43,833 nt of DNA. It comes from Batkoa obscura. Its lineage: Eukaryota. A program made the translations under genes and the position numbers. The notes beneath the pieces are model-generated. The model did no database searches. It was not told the origin of the DNA and was given only the letters and a program-made list of their open reading frames with translations. The DNA lies in NCBI GenBank assembly GCA_030770535.1, contig JASVEC010000137.1, positions 1 to 43,833 of the forward strand, in the 5' to 3' direction. This document shows positions 1 to 12,539 of this stretch, in pieces; positions within the stretch are counted from its first letter, which is position 1, and each line of letters starts with the position of its first letter.

Positions 1-264
1 ATCTATGTTTATAAATTTACTTTAAGATTATTTATTAATTTAAAAATTATCAATTTTAATATACGATAATACTATATTTAATATAAGTATAGAAAAATGA
101 AATATTAAAAATTATTAACATCTATCTATTATTGATATTCTAATAAATCATAGTAATAAAATATAGCATCTTTTAAATCTACAGTAATAAAATTTCTTCA
201 TCCAATCAACCTTTTCAATTTAAACAACTTAAAAAATAAAAATTCAACTCATCTTTTATTTTAA

Positions 265-1790
265 ATGAATTATGTTAATCTAGTTGCTAGTCATAGCAAA
301 TCGCGGGTATCTTATTTTCATAGCGAAGAAGTTGGTAATTTTCATTATGGGGTAAATAAACTACAATTTCAATTTGAGAAAAAACAAAAAGTAACAATAA
401 AATAGGAATACCATCCAATGAAACCTCATCGTTTAGCTTTAACAAATGATTTAGTATTACGTTATGATTTACATGAAAAATTGGATATGTATCAACCTAG
501 AAAAGCTACTGATGAAGAAATGAAAGAATTTCATACCATTGATTATGTTGATTTTTTAAAAAGGTAATAATATTCTTTATTAAATGGATTAATTTTTATT
601 TAAATTTATAATTAAGAGTAACTCCTGAAAACGCCTCAAGTATGGGTAAAGTATTAGAAAAATTTAACCTAGGTGGCCACCAAGGAGACAACCCCGCCTT
701 TGAAGGCTTATTTGATTTTTGTTCTTATTATACTGGAGCTTCTTTAGCTGCTGCAAGAAAATTAATTAGTGGCGGAGCGGATATAGCTATTAATTGGTCT
801 GGTGGTTTACATCATGCAAAGAAATGGAATGCTTCTGGGTTTTGTTATGTAAATGATATAGTTTTGTGTATTTTACAACTATTACGATTTTATTCACGAG
901 TATTATATATTGATATTGATGTACATCATGGGGATGGTGTACAAGAAGCATTTTATAATTCAGATCGAGTAATGACAGTTTCATTTCATAAATATGGTAA
1001 TGATTTTTTTCCAGGTACAGGTAGCTCTTCAGAAGTTGGAGTTAATTTAGGTACTGGTTATTCTTTAAATGTACCTTTAAAAGATGGCATTGATGATGCT
1101 TCATATTTGTTTTTATTTAAAAGTATAATTGGAGCAACAATTGAAAGATATCAACCTACGGCTATTGTATTACAATGTGGTACTGATTCGTTAGGTTTGG
1201 ATAGATTAGGTTGTTTTAATTTATCTATTATTGCTCATGGTGAATGTGTTCGATTTGTTAAATCGTTTAATATACCTCTAGTGCTATTAGGTGGTGGGGG
1301 TTATACTATTAGAAATGTATCTAGATGTTGGACTTATGAAACAGCTATTGCTACAGATACTCAATTACCTAATCAACTACCAAAAGATTCCCCTTATTAT
1401 AATTTTTTTGGACCAGATCATTCCCTACATCCTAAATTAACGGGGAAAAAAGAGAACTTAAATACAAAAAGTTATTTGGAAAAGATAAGAATTAAATGTT
1501 TAGAATATTTAAAAAAAATTGAATTTTCTCCCTCAGTACAAATGCAAGAAGTTCCAAAAGATATCCAGGGATTTTTAGATGATAATACTAATGCAAAGGC
1601 AGATGAATTGGATGACTTACATCCTGATTTATGTTATGTTGATAAAGTTATGAAACAGGGGCTATGGCCTAAAAATTTAAAAAAAGAAAGTTATTTTGAT
1701 ACTGATTCATCAGAGGAAGAAGAAGAGGAAGAAGAAGAGGAAGAAGAAGAGGAAGATGATAGTTATATAACAAATGAAATGAGAGATTAA
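265..1790 (+). CDS. HOS2: Class I histone deacetylase (HOS2/HDAC3-like), 3 exons: 265-351, 406-563, 617-1790
   Basis: Splicing two GT-AG introns joins [29 protein letters not shown] / [13 protein letters not shown]...DYVDFLKR / VTPE to the 642 ORF. That ORF has [27 protein letters not shown] and GGGGY motifs and an acidic GAA-repeat tail. Confidence 0.88.
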
Positions 1791-1944
1791 ATACATACCC
1801 TTTTTAATACATAAACACAACATTAACTACTTTTGCAATAATTATTTTAATAAAAAAATTGATAATTTGTTCTAAATTTTTAATTAAACGTAATTCCAAT
1901 TCCAATTTGATTTTTATTACATTTCTTATTAATTTTTTAAAAAA

Positions 1945-3380
1945 ATGTTTAAATTAAAGCAAAAAAAAGAATATAAAGTAGAATATTCAAGTTTAGATCT
2001 AGAGCCATTTAAACTTAGTGAGTTACCTTATATCAAAACAGAGATAAGTAGATTTCATGGTGATATTAATGTTCAATGGAAATTAAAGAAAGAGATTGAT
2101 GTTCTAAAATTATCCAAAAATTATCCAACCATTTATATACATATTTCACCCATTCAATTAATCAACCATCTAGAACAAACAATAAGTAAACTTCATTTTC
2201 AATTAAATCAAATTATTTTAAACTATGAATTGGTGTTTGATGTAATTATTTTATCTTATTTGTTTTATATTTTATCTTATTTATGTCTTTTACTAGTTAC
2301 TCACTACTCTGCTTTACATAATCAAGCAATTAGACTTTTTAAAAGAAGAGCAAGTGATTGAATTATCTATTGAAAAAGGTAATTTATATTATTAACCTTC
2401 ATAACATAATTTTAATCCACTAATAGAAATCCAATATCAATTAAAAATAGATCCCAAATCAAAGAATGATGTTACATATAAATTTCAATCTTTAAAATTA
2501 TTTAGTTATTTCATCTTAATTACTTTAGCAGATTTATTGTTTTTGTGGGGTACCAATACAACTCACAACGAAGGATTAGATATTGTAAGTTTCTGTTGAT
2601 TTATAAAACCATCAATAATTAATTATTATTCTCTAGAATTTAAAACGACATCAAAAATCGGCTGAGATTTATTTTTATTTAAGTAAATTAGAGATAATAG
2701 AAGAAGGAGAAGAAAGAACGATTATTAAAGCTATTAAAAATTATGGGGAATTATTTATGAAGTAAGTATTTATATTGTTTTACTTGATTTTAAATTTTGA
2801 ATATTTAATTTTAGTCTCTCACTCTACCATGCTTCTTTGAATAGCTTACAATTAACCCCTACTAATGGAAAGATTATTGTAACTTATATAATAGAAAGAT
2901 TAAACAACTGTAAGCAAATAATTAAAGAATCATCATCACAACAAACGATTGTTAATTTAACCCACTTTTTTATTGGTCTTTTAATGAAGTCGGAATGTTT
3001 AATTAATATTAAAGAAAATAAAGCTTTAGACTATATCAATGAATCAAAGAAGAGGTTTAAATTAATTGAAAAGAAGAATGATATCGTGGATTTAGAAGCT
3101 CATTTACAACATTCTAGATATTTAAAATTAAAACTATTAAAAATTAACAAACTGGAAAGTTTAGTAAATGTTTATTGTTTTATTTTATTTTTATTAATTA
3201 TTATTTTTATAGTGGAATAATGAAACAAATGATATACTTGATTTCAACTTACCTATTCAAAAGCCATTATTTACAATTAATTATCCTAATTTAAATCTAT
3301 TATATTATACTCCTTCCTTTGCACCTGAAGATCCACTGCCATTAAAAAAAAGTTATCATTTACAAGGACAATACTATTAA
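1945..3380 (+). CDS. Multi-exon (about 6 exons) protein, possibly Bro1-domain PalC/Rim23-like
   Basis: Open exons joined at GT-AG sites (donors ~2242, 2379, 2585, 2762, 3164). Segments VQWK...NYELVFDLL and HQKSAEIYFYL resemble Bro1 motifs. The C-terminus ...SYHLQGQYY* ends in a di-aromatic pair as described for PalC. Gene confident, product tentative. Confidence 0.45.
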
Positions 3381-3507
3381 AAAATAAAAACAAGAACAAT
3401 TCAATTCATTAATCACTTCCAATTTTATTAATATAATTATAAAATAAACTAATATCTATTTCTCTTTTTATTTTATATAAAAAAGTGTTCTATTTTTTTA
3501 AAAGGAA

Positions 3508-4682
3508 TTATTCTTCATTATCTTCTCCTTCATTATCTTCTTCATTATCTTCTTCAGGTACCGAAATGGACTTTTTTAACCCCTTCATTTTACGAGTTTG
3601 TAATTTACCAAAATCTTGTTTTTGCATATGTACTTTACCATATAAAGAACCAAATTCATCATGTTCATGATTCTTTTGTTTCTTTGGCTATAATAATGAT
3701 AAACAATTAATATTTACAAAAACGATGTAAATAAACAAATAATCTTACCTTCAATTCTTTAGGAACTCTAAGAGCTTGTTTAACCATCTCTTCATCAGCA
3801 AACTTAGCTCTACGAATTGAAAAATCTAAACTTGGGCCCATTTCATTTAATTCAATATAAGGTAATTTAGTCCCACTCTTTTTTGTTTTTATAGTATAAA
3901 CTCTAAAATGAATTAATCCATTTTCATTTTGTTTGGTTGGACTAGCTGTAACTGTAATAACATGTTCTAATCCTGCTAAATCAATTCGATCCACTACTTT
4001 ACCATGGAAGAAATTTAAAATTAGAGTTTTGAATTTAATGTATCCTTCTACTTGTTCAAATTCTTCACCATTAAACAGAAAGCTGGGTTTTAAACCAACA
4101 CCACATTTAAGGCCCTAAATTAAAATTTTGGTTTAATTAGTTATTTTTCGATGTGTAAACTTCAATCAATTCAATTTACCTCAAATTCGTCCATAAATTT
4201 AGCTTTTTGAATCCCAACTTCAATCATATCATAGATACAATAATTAAAAAAAGTCACAAAAGTTAAGTTATCTGGTCTTTTTTTTGAATGGGAACCAAAT
4301 AACATTAAAGAGGCATCGTTCTTTTTAGATAAAAACTCAAGCTTAGTTTCATCTTCAAATGGTCTTAACTCATTCTTCTTATTAAATTTTATAGCATCTG
4401 GTTTCTTCAATAAATACTATAAGAGGATGTTAGTTGGTTATATAGGCAAAAATGAAAGCGTGATGATCAACTTACTAAATCGTTTAAAGCTTTGTTGACT
4501 ATTTCTGAAGTTTTACTACCTTTTACAAAAAGACATGTTTTCACATTTTCAACTACTTGTGCTTCACGTTTTTCTAAAGCTCTCTTAGAACGTGCGTTTT
4601 TGGGTTTACTATTATATTTGTCAATTAATTCTAAATTCGAATAATCAAATATTAAATTTCTCACTTACACTATTCTCAACAT
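3508..4682 (-). CDS. RPF2: Ribosome biogenesis Brix-domain protein Rpf2, 5 exons
   Basis: MLRIV/KPKNARSKRALEKRE..., PFEDETKLEFLSKKNDASL..GSHSKKRP, ELNEMGPSLDFSIRR, GKVHMQKQD..LQTRKMKGLKK. The ORF-track fragments join at short GT-AG introns. Confidence 0.93.
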
Positions 4683-4844
4683 TTTATTTTTATTAAAAAG
4701 TAAAATTTCGAGTTTCAATCCTGAACAATTTTAAGTTGGATTTCTTTTTCTCTGAATTGAAACTTTTTGCAATTAAAATTTTCGACAACTTTTATTCCCA
4801 TTTTTATTACTCAAAAAATTAACTCTTTTTAAATTCTTTTTTAA
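4683..4844. promoter_or_regulatory. Short divergent (bidirectional) promoter region
   Basis: About 160 bp between the head-to-head start codons of RPF2 (4682, -) and the 4845 ORF (+). Confidence 0.5.
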
Positions 4845-6515
4845 ATGAGTAGTTTATTACAAACTCAAATTCAACGTAGTATTCATCCTAAGTCAACAAT
4901 TAGGGTTTATCAATTCCAAGTGAGAGTAAAAAGAAGCATAGAAACAAAAACGAGTTTGATAGGCTATAGTAATAATACAATCAAAAAGTTGAGTAAAAAA
5001 ATCAGTAAATTCACATCTTATAATATATTGCCAACTCAAAAAAATATAATAAAAATAATTTCATTAACACAAATAAATATCAATGATAATAAGGATATTG
5101 ATAATAAAGAGGAACCCTTAGCAAACATTAAAAATAACAGTTTGGAATTTATAAAATTAAGTATATTATCTAATAATTCAAAATTAGTAATTAAACTAAC
5201 GCAAAGTTTCATTGCCTATTCCTCCCAATTGAAGCGTCTTGAGATAGTTGAGAAACAGCTCTATGAACTTTATTTTCAATTAATAAGCATGGACTCTAAG
5301 GATAGTGATAATTTTCAATTATTATTATATTTTATAAATTTAGCTCAACAATTAAATTTAAATTTATTAGAAGATAAGTTTTATCAGCATTTTTATTGGT
5401 GCTATTTAACTAAAAAACAGCATTTTTTGTATAAATTTATTCTATTAAATTTAAAATGTAAGTCAGAACTGGCTACAGAATTAACACTGAAGACATTAGC
5501 TATGGGCTCATTACAAGAAGAGAAATATAGTCTACAATATAAAGATTTGATACAAACGGTATTTAGTTATTTAAGTAAAAATAATAGTAAGCAGTTAATT
5601 GAAATGGGAAACAAGATGAAAGATAATTATCAATTATATCAAAAGAGTTTAAATATGTTAGGAAAAGAAGTACAAACGCTATACAAAGGAATGTTAATTT
5701 ATGAGTTAAAAAAGAAATTAGAGTTGTCAGTTTTTAGTAGATTTATTCAAAAAATAGATATCTATCAATGGCCAAATGTAACGGATAGTTGTATTAATCG
5801 ATCGTTATTAATATATTTTAAATTATTAAAAGAGAATAACAATGAAAACGAAAATACAAATAACGATAATAAATTAACAATAGAGACAATAACAAGTTTT
5901 TATAATGATATTAAACAATATAGATTTATTAATGTAATTAATACTTTATTATATGGATTAATATTAAATGATGAATTTTTATTAGCTCATCAATTTTTAA
6001 TTAATTTCAATATTCAATTAAATCAACAATTATTACAAACTATGCTATACGGTAATAAATTAAATTTCCAATATTTACAAATTTTTAATTATTATCAACA
6101 ACAAATTAAAATACAAAATATTCAACTAAATAATCCAATTTTAAGTTTATTATTGCAAAATTTAATCTACCATCAACAGTATGAAATGGCCTACAATTAT
6201 CTATTACAATATAATAGTGAAGCGGATATTAAATTAAAATCTATAATAAGTAAATTATTTATTTATTTAAATTATCAACAAATTCAAATATTAAAAAATA
6301 AATTTAATTTATTTGATTTACAAAATGAATATCAATTAAGTTCATTATTATCATTAGCTATAAATAAAAAACAATATAATTTATTAAATTATTTAATTAA
6401 AGAGCATTTAATCAATAATGATATAAAAATTGATTCTAATTTAGCTAATAAATTAAAAATTATTCAATTGAAATTTCCAAGTTTAAAAAATCAATTACAT
6501 TTACTTAAACAATAA
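4845..6515 (+). CDS. Hypothetical 556-aa helical protein, possibly mitochondrial (PPR/TPR-like)
   Basis: Long intronless ORF. Basic, Ser/Thr-rich N-terminus resembles a targeting peptide. Leu/Asn/Gln-rich helical segments such as INTLLYGLILNDEFLLAHQFL. No recognisable catalytic motif. Confidence 0.6.
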   Translation: MSSLLQTQIQRSIHPKSTIRVYQFQVRVKRSIETKTSLIGYSNNTIKKLSKKISKFTSYNILPTQKNIIKIISLTQININDNKDIDNKEEPLANIKNNSLEFIKLSILSNNSKLVIKLTQSFIAYSSQLKRLEIVEKQLYELYFQLISMDSKDSDNFQLLLYFINLAQQLNLNLLEDKFYQHFYWCYLTKKQHFLYKFILLNLKCKSELATELTLKTLAMGSLQEEKYSLQYKDLIQTVFSYLSKNNSKQLIEMGNKMKDNYQLYQKSLNMLGKEVQTLYKGMLIYELKKKLELSVFSRFIQKIDIYQWPNVTDSCINRSLLIYFKLLKENNNENENTNNDNKLTIETITSFYNDIKQYRFINVINTLLYGLILNDEFLLAHQFLINFNIQLNQQLLQTMLYGNKLNFQYLQIFNYYQQQIKIQNIQLNNPILSLLLQNLIYHQQYEMAYNYLLQYNSEADIKLKSIISKLFIYLNYQQIQILKNKFNLFDLQNEYQLSSLLSLAINKKQYNLLNYLIKEHLINNDIKIDSNLANKLKIIQLKFPSLKNQLHLLKQ

Positions 6516-6594
6516 AATAAATAAATAATAAATAAATAATAATTGTTAATATTATCCTATCGTTTATATATTATTATTATTATTATTATTATAT

Positions 6595-9029
6595 TTAAAT
6601 TAATGTAGTTTGAGTAATAAATAATTGTTCCTTATCTGCCTGTAAATATTTAACTAACTTTAAAGCCAAATTAACTAAGGTTGTTTTAGATAAAAAGGGA
6701 GTAAATGTAGCAAATAATAAAAATTGATTTGTAGACCAAATGACTATTGTTTCTGTTTCACTATCATTAAAATAGATACGTATATTTCTAAATCGAGAGT
6801 TCATTATATAATAAGAAGTCTTATATAATTCAAATAATCTAAATTTTAGATGTGATTTACATTAGTATAATAATAATAAAAATAAAAATTACCTCCTCCT
6901 TTCTCTTTTTAATATATATGGTGGCTCTAACCTTGAACTGGTATATTGGAATAAATTTTTAGATTTAAATATAAAGTGTCTCAAACCGGGAATTCCGATT
7001 TCAGCTAACAAAATAAAATAAATAATTTTATAAAATATAACAATAAATTAAATTTACCTAAATCAAACGCATCATTTTCAATACTTTCATAAATTTCATT
7101 AATTAGATTTTCATGATTCAAATTCTAATAAAACATTGATTTATTAATATTGATAATATATGATTATAATAACTTTTTACCTGAATGATAATGTCATTTA
7201 CTTTTTTAATTTCTTCATATTTATCTCTTAATGGTGATAATATGATCAATACTAATGGAGGATCCAAATTTAAAAATGATATTAAAGCATATAAATAACC
7301 TGATTTATTAAATCTAGGTAAACAGATAGGAACCCAATTGGCTTGATTAAGGTTTAGAAAAGCAGGTGAAGAATTCACCAAATTTAATAATAAATGTAAA
7401 TCCATTGGATGTAAATTAACTTTATGAGATCTTAATAGATGAACTAATCTATATTTACTAGCTAATATTACATAGATAATATCTAATTGTTGAATGGCTA
7501 AAGGTTTAATAGCTTTACTTATTTTTAATCGTAGCTTGATATTCATTTTGACACTTCTAATAGATTCTAATAAATAGCTAGGTGATAATGAAACACTACG
7601 TTTAATTAAAGTATCTAAAAAACTTTCTGTTCCATTTAATAACCGCCTCAAATCAAAATTAGTACTCTTTTCAAATACACGTTGTATTTGAGAATATGTT
7701 AAGGTACTTATTATTTGTTGATAATATAAATGCAAATAATCTCTTAGCTATTAATAACAAAAAATAAAAAATAAATTATTATATTATTATCATAAATTAT
7801 TATAATATTATTATTTACTATTTCTTCACTTTCGTTTGTCCTTGATACTAGCACAAAATATAATGGTTCTCTTTGCATAAATATAATTTTATGAGAAGTA
7901 GAATTTATCGATCTAATATCAAATATTATAAATATATATATAACTAGCAATTGTATAATAATAACACCTAATAGAATCTCCTTCATCTACATAAAATGAA
8001 ATAATGGCCTGAATAATGCCCATATATTCTGACATTTTAGATTCGTCACTATATCTAAAATAATTAAATTTTAATTTCAAAAAGTAATAAACTAATAAAG
8101 TTTACCTAGTGTAAATAGGTTTCCCAGCTGAGCTCAGAACAAACAAATGATGTTTATGGTTTTTCCAACTGTGTGAATTAGGATCTAAGAAATTCATAAT
8201 TTAATTCCTATCAAATCTTATATTAAGTTATTACCTTCATCACCGTATTTTCTCCTATGATATGGACCATCAATAATATCACCTTCTGAAAGTTCATCAT
8301 CGTCCGAATCATTAAATACTAATTGTTTGATATTGTTATTTTCTTCCTTATTACTATTATTAAGTTGTTCTAATAAACTAGCATTATCTAACATTTCCTG
8401 CTCAAAATTAACGTCTTCTTCTTCAATAGCCTCAATTTGATTTTGTTGAAACTCAGGACTTTGCTCTAATTCTTCGTTTTCAAAAGCTAGTCCTTTGGGA
8501 GATTCAATAGTGCTATTTCGCTCCTCAATCAATGTGTTTCTTTTACTTCCTTCTGAATAATTATCTAAATTTCAAAAATAAATAACTGTTATTTATTTTA
8601 TAAAGGAAAAACTTCTCAGATCTAATAAAAAATATTAATTCACTTACCAGACATTGCTTCTTCGTTATTGTTTTTATTTAAAAACAATTGTAAGGTTACC
8701 ATCGATGCTAATGATTGTCTAGAAGAAGGCCGACGTTTTATATCATTAGTTAACATCCTAGGAGATAAACCATCTTTTAAAGATTGAGTTCTGGATATTT
8801 GACCTGGGTATTTATGTGATAACAAAGAATGTGCTGATAATGGTCGGGACAGGGATATAGGCACTGAAGCATCTATAATAGAATTAGAATCCGTATTAAT
8901 ATTTTCGAGTAAAGAACTGGTGACATTGATTTGCTCTAAAGATGTGGTTGCTTCACTTCGTTCTTTTTTTAATATAGAAGTTAAATCCATTGGGTCTATA
9001 CTAGATCGATTCGTTGATTTATCGCTCAT
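6595..9029 (-). CDS. MON1: Vacuolar fusion protein Mon1 (Rab7/Ypt7 GEF subunit), multi-exon
   Basis: HHLFVLSSAGKPIYTR, MGIIQAIISFY, PLYFVLVSRT, LHLYYQQIISTLT..NFDLRRLLNGTE, WVPICLPRFNKSGYLYA, FATFTPF; acidic low-complexity N-terminus. Confidence 0.92.
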
Positions 9030-9724
9030 TTTAAGGTTTTTTTTAGTTTTTTTTGTTGGTAGAGAAGAGTAGTTTTTATAAATTTTAGTTTTGTAAGTTT
9101 TAGAAGTGTAATCAAAGTATATGCGTAACTTGAGTTAATTTGGTTTTATTGGTTGAGCTAAAATTAGGTAATGAATATTAAATAGAGAGCTGATAGTAAA
9201 ATTAGTTGAGGTAGATATTGATAATGATATTTAGATAAAAATAATATACATACATAGATTCATTGAAAAGATTATTTTTTGTTTTACACTCAAATATACC
9301 ATTGTGTTAACATTAGTTCTAAATCTAAGTTTAATGTATGAAAATTAATAGTGCTTTATTATTTATTAAATATACTATAAAACATTTCAAACCTCAGTAG
9401 ATCAAAGTAATCCGTCATATTACTGATATCATAAAATCATGTATATATAGTACCTTATTAGCTATCCTATTATCAATCGCTTTTAAAATAGGATTAAAAA
9501 TGTAATCAATGTAATAACCACATTAAAAAACCTACATTAGTCTTTAGATTACTATAAACAACTCAAAGATATATATAACCATCAATAAACTATTTCTAAA
9601 CAAGTAACTCTAATATAAATTCTAAGCAAAAGATAATTATACCCAACTTCATTTTAAATAAGTAATAAGAACAATCTTTTATACTTACGTTTTATTAGAA
9701 TGGACTTGAAAAAATATCTCTAAA

Positions 9725-9798
9725 CGCTCATAACTGGGATCGAACCAGTAACCTCCCGATTAACAGTCGGACGCGCTAGCCAATTGCGCCATACGAGC
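9725..9798 (-). tRNA. tRNA-Asn (GTT), copy 1
   Basis: GCTCGTATGGCGCAATTGGCTAGCGCGTCCGACTGTTAATCGGGAGGTTACTGGTTCGATCCCAGTTATGAGCG folds as a cloverleaf with anticodon GTT; T-run terminator downstream. Confidence 0.96.
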
Positions 9799-10172
9799 TT
9801 TTTTCCTGTGTTCAGTGCTAGCAAAATATATATATATGTTGATTTTATAAATTAAGTAAATAAAATCAAAATTATTTGATATGAATTTAGAAGCTAGTTT
9901 GATATTCTTTTGTTTTAATGAACTTTTTATATAAGCATCAGAGTTTTACAGAAAGTAATATAAATATGTTTAAATTAATTGAAAAAATTAAATTTTAAAA
10001 ACCTATTTTGAATCCTTTTATTTGATTTAAGAAATTTATTTTGTACTATCTTTTTTATTTATAAGTCAATTTTAATTATTAGAATTAAACTTTTAATTTA
10101 TCATAAATAGCTAACTAAAAAATTTTATAGATTTTTTTTAATACTAAATATCGAATTTTATATTTAGCATTT

Positions 10173-10270
10173 GGAGATGTATTTTTATATTTAAGAGTTT
10201 TACTAGCAATTTCTCCACTTAAATAGCGCTCAAGAGATAGAAAAAGTAATGAAGTTAAAAAAACATCTCC
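10173..10270 (+). mobile_element. ~99-bp MITE copy (ATTT TSD)
   Basis: GGAGATGTATTTT...AAAAACATCTCC terminal inverted repeats flanked by ATTT on both sides. Confidence 0.85.
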
Positions 10271-10470
10271 ATTTGTTATTAAAAAAGCTTTTATAACTAC
10301 AACAATAGCTTTATTTAAATATTATTAATGACTAATTATTTTTAAATATAATATAAATAATAATAATAATAAAGATTAAATTGTTATTATAATTTAACTA
10401 CATATCAAAGCTTTAAACCAAGCTAATATTTTGAAAATTATTATAAAAAGTATATATTTTCTTAGTATAT

Positions 10471-10569
10471 GGGGATGTATTTTTGTATTTAAGAATCTTA
10501 CTAACAAATTTTCCGCTTAAATAGCACTTAAAAAATGGAAAAAATAATGAAGTCAAAAAAGACACTCCC
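10471..10569 (+). mobile_element. MITE copy (ATAT TSD)
   Basis: GGGGATGTATTTTT...AAAAAGACACTCCC with the shared core AAGAAT.TTACTAACAA...AAATAGC.CTTAAAAAATGGAAAA. Confidence 0.85.
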
Positions 10570-10599
10570 ATATATTTTCTTAGTATTATTTTTACATAT

Positions 10600-10698
10600 G
10601 TAGATGTATTTTTTTTGTTTAAGAATTTTACTAATAGCTTTTCTACTCAAATAGCGCTTAAAAAGAGAGAAAAGTAATGAAACTAAAAAAACACCCCC
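10600..10698 (+). mobile_element. MITE copy
   Basis: Same core and degenerate TIRs; flanks ATAT/ATAC. Confidence 0.8.
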
Positions 10699-11025
10699 AT
10701 ACATTTTTAATTAGTTAAGTTTTTGACCTTATATTTATAAAAAAATTACTCTTTCTGTTTTTTATTTTAGCATATTTAATTATTATAAGCTGCTTAAATA
10801 TGTTATATCTAATTTTAATATTATTGTTATTAAATTTATTATAAAACTTAGATCTAACAAAAATACCTACTATATTTAATCAGATTCTGTTTTTAAAACT
10901 AAAAAGATTCTGCATCAAATTGATTCATGTTTAATTCATTTATTTGTAGGATAATTTTCACTTTTAATGATAAAATTATTATAAAAATCCTGTTGTTAAT
11001 ATTAATATAAAATTCATTAAACTAT

Positions 11026-11074
11026 ATTTATTTGTTTATTTGTTTATTTGTTTATTTGTTTATTTATTTATTTT
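11026..11074. repeat. (TTTATTTG)n/(TTTA)n microsatellite
   Basis: Tandem TTTATTTG units read directly. Confidence 0.85.
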
Positions 11075-11530
11075 AAAATTAAGTTTGATAGCTTATTTGA
11101 TAGCCATTTTGCTCTGTATTCGTTTATTGATACTGATTTTAAATTTTTTTAATACTTGTAAACAGTTTTTATATCATATTTTTTAAAATTTAACATATTT
11201 ACTTAATTTTTATGATTCATATGTTATAATCAATCAGAGCTGACAGAGCGATATCTCACAATTAGTTATTTTAATTTTAAAACTATAAAAGCAAAGTTTA
11301 AAAAGTAAAATTAAGATAAAGGAAATGTTTAGAATAAGCGCTTTATTAATAACCAAATTAAGTATTCTAAACATAATAATATTAATATAAATAATACTAA
11401 AAAATTTACAACTCTGATGATAAATTAAAAAACTTTTAAACAGGAGAAATAAAAAAATACTCCCTACAAATTTAAAAAAGTTTACTAATTTTTATGATAA
11501 TGATAACTTAAATTGCAAAATTACTACATC

Positions 11531-11627
11531 AAGGCGTTTTTTTGACTTCATTACTTTTTCCATCTTTTAAACGATATTCAAGTGGAAAGATTGTTAGCAA
11601 AATTCTTCAACAAAAAAATACATTCTC
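11531..11627 (-). mobile_element. MITE copy, reverse orientation
   Basis: TTCATTACTTTTTCCATCTTTTAA...GTGGAAAGATTGTTAGCAAAATTCTT...AAAATACATTCTC is the reverse complement of the core. Confidence 0.75.
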
Positions 11628-12010
11628 ATATAATAATTATTAAGAAACATTTTTATATTATATTTGACAATAATGCTTTGATTGGCCTTATTATTAATTA
11701 CTTTATATAATGTTCATCATTTAGTCTAAATATAAATTGATTTAATGTTTTTAAATCTATTAGAAGCATAGCTGGTGCTGCTTTAAATGCTTTTTACTAA
11801 TATTTATTAAATCTATTAAATTGATGTTAGCTTTTCTGATTATAATTTTAAAAAACAAAAGCTATAGTTTCTTTTTTAAAACTAAGTTTTTTGTAAGATA
11901 TAAATATAATTCCTTTATAATTAGAATCTCTAGCTATACATGGTACATTGTATTATAATATAAATGAAATAATTAAAATATACTTATAAAATATTATTTT
12001 ATCAACTTAT

Positions 12011-12410
12011 TGTGAAATATCGCTTCGTCAGTCCCATGGTTAATTATTTTGATTTGTTATGAGAATTTCTAGTTCCGCCCAAAAGAATATTATCTTCTCA
12101 TTTTGATACTTATACTTTTCAGAGTATAAAAGAGTTTACAGAGTATAATAGTTCGAGGCTTTTTAACTGAATTAATCCCTGATATCTCGAACATTTAATA
12201 AAGCCACTAAGTTTTCTTAATATTATTTTACATAGATTTTACATTAGTATTGTCTATTCTATTTGTCTTATATAGCTTGTAACCTATTACGTGCTATTCC
12301 TCATAATCCAAGTCTATCTTAGTTACATAAACTAAGACCTTTCGACTTATAGTGTAGTCAACCCAGCAATAGCTGTTCTTGACTCCAAACCCTGAGTACC
12401 AGATTTCACA
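12011..12410 (+). repeat. 5' LTR
   Basis: TGTGAAAT...ATTTCACA (8-bp terminal inverted repeat). TATAAAA ~12125, AATAAA ~12197. No difference from the 3' LTR seen by eye. Confidence 0.96.
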
Positions 12411-12412
12411 TT

Positions 12413-12430
12413 TGGCGCTCATAACTGGGA
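12413..12430 (+). promoter_or_regulatory. Primer-binding site complementary to tRNA-Asn(GTT) 3' end
   Basis: TGGCGCTCATAACTGGGA is the exact complement of TCCCAGTTATGAGCG+CCA of the tRNA-Asn genes in this window; it starts 2 nt after the LTR. Confidence 0.95.
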
Positions 12431-12539
12431 AAGCTCTTATAACTATTTTAGATAGCCTTTATAATCTTTCCTTTACGGTCCTTACCGCGTAACCACCCCA
12501 AACAAAGAAAAACCCCCTTAACCTCCTTAATTCTCAACT

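Noticed and set aside
1711..1758. GAA repeat here and AAT/ACT repeats at ~42110-42225 as non-coding repeats
   Set aside because: They encode ordinary poly-Glu and poly-Asn/Thr low-complexity tracts.
10173..10698. Three clustered ~99-bp repeats as a CRISPR-like array
   Set aside because: They have TIRs and TSDs, irregular spacing and dispersed copies in both orientations; the context is eukaryotic and there are no cas genes.
9799..12010. Ty3-style precise integration at a Pol III start site
   Set aside because: The element is 2.2 kb from the nearest tRNA 5' end, not within a few bases.
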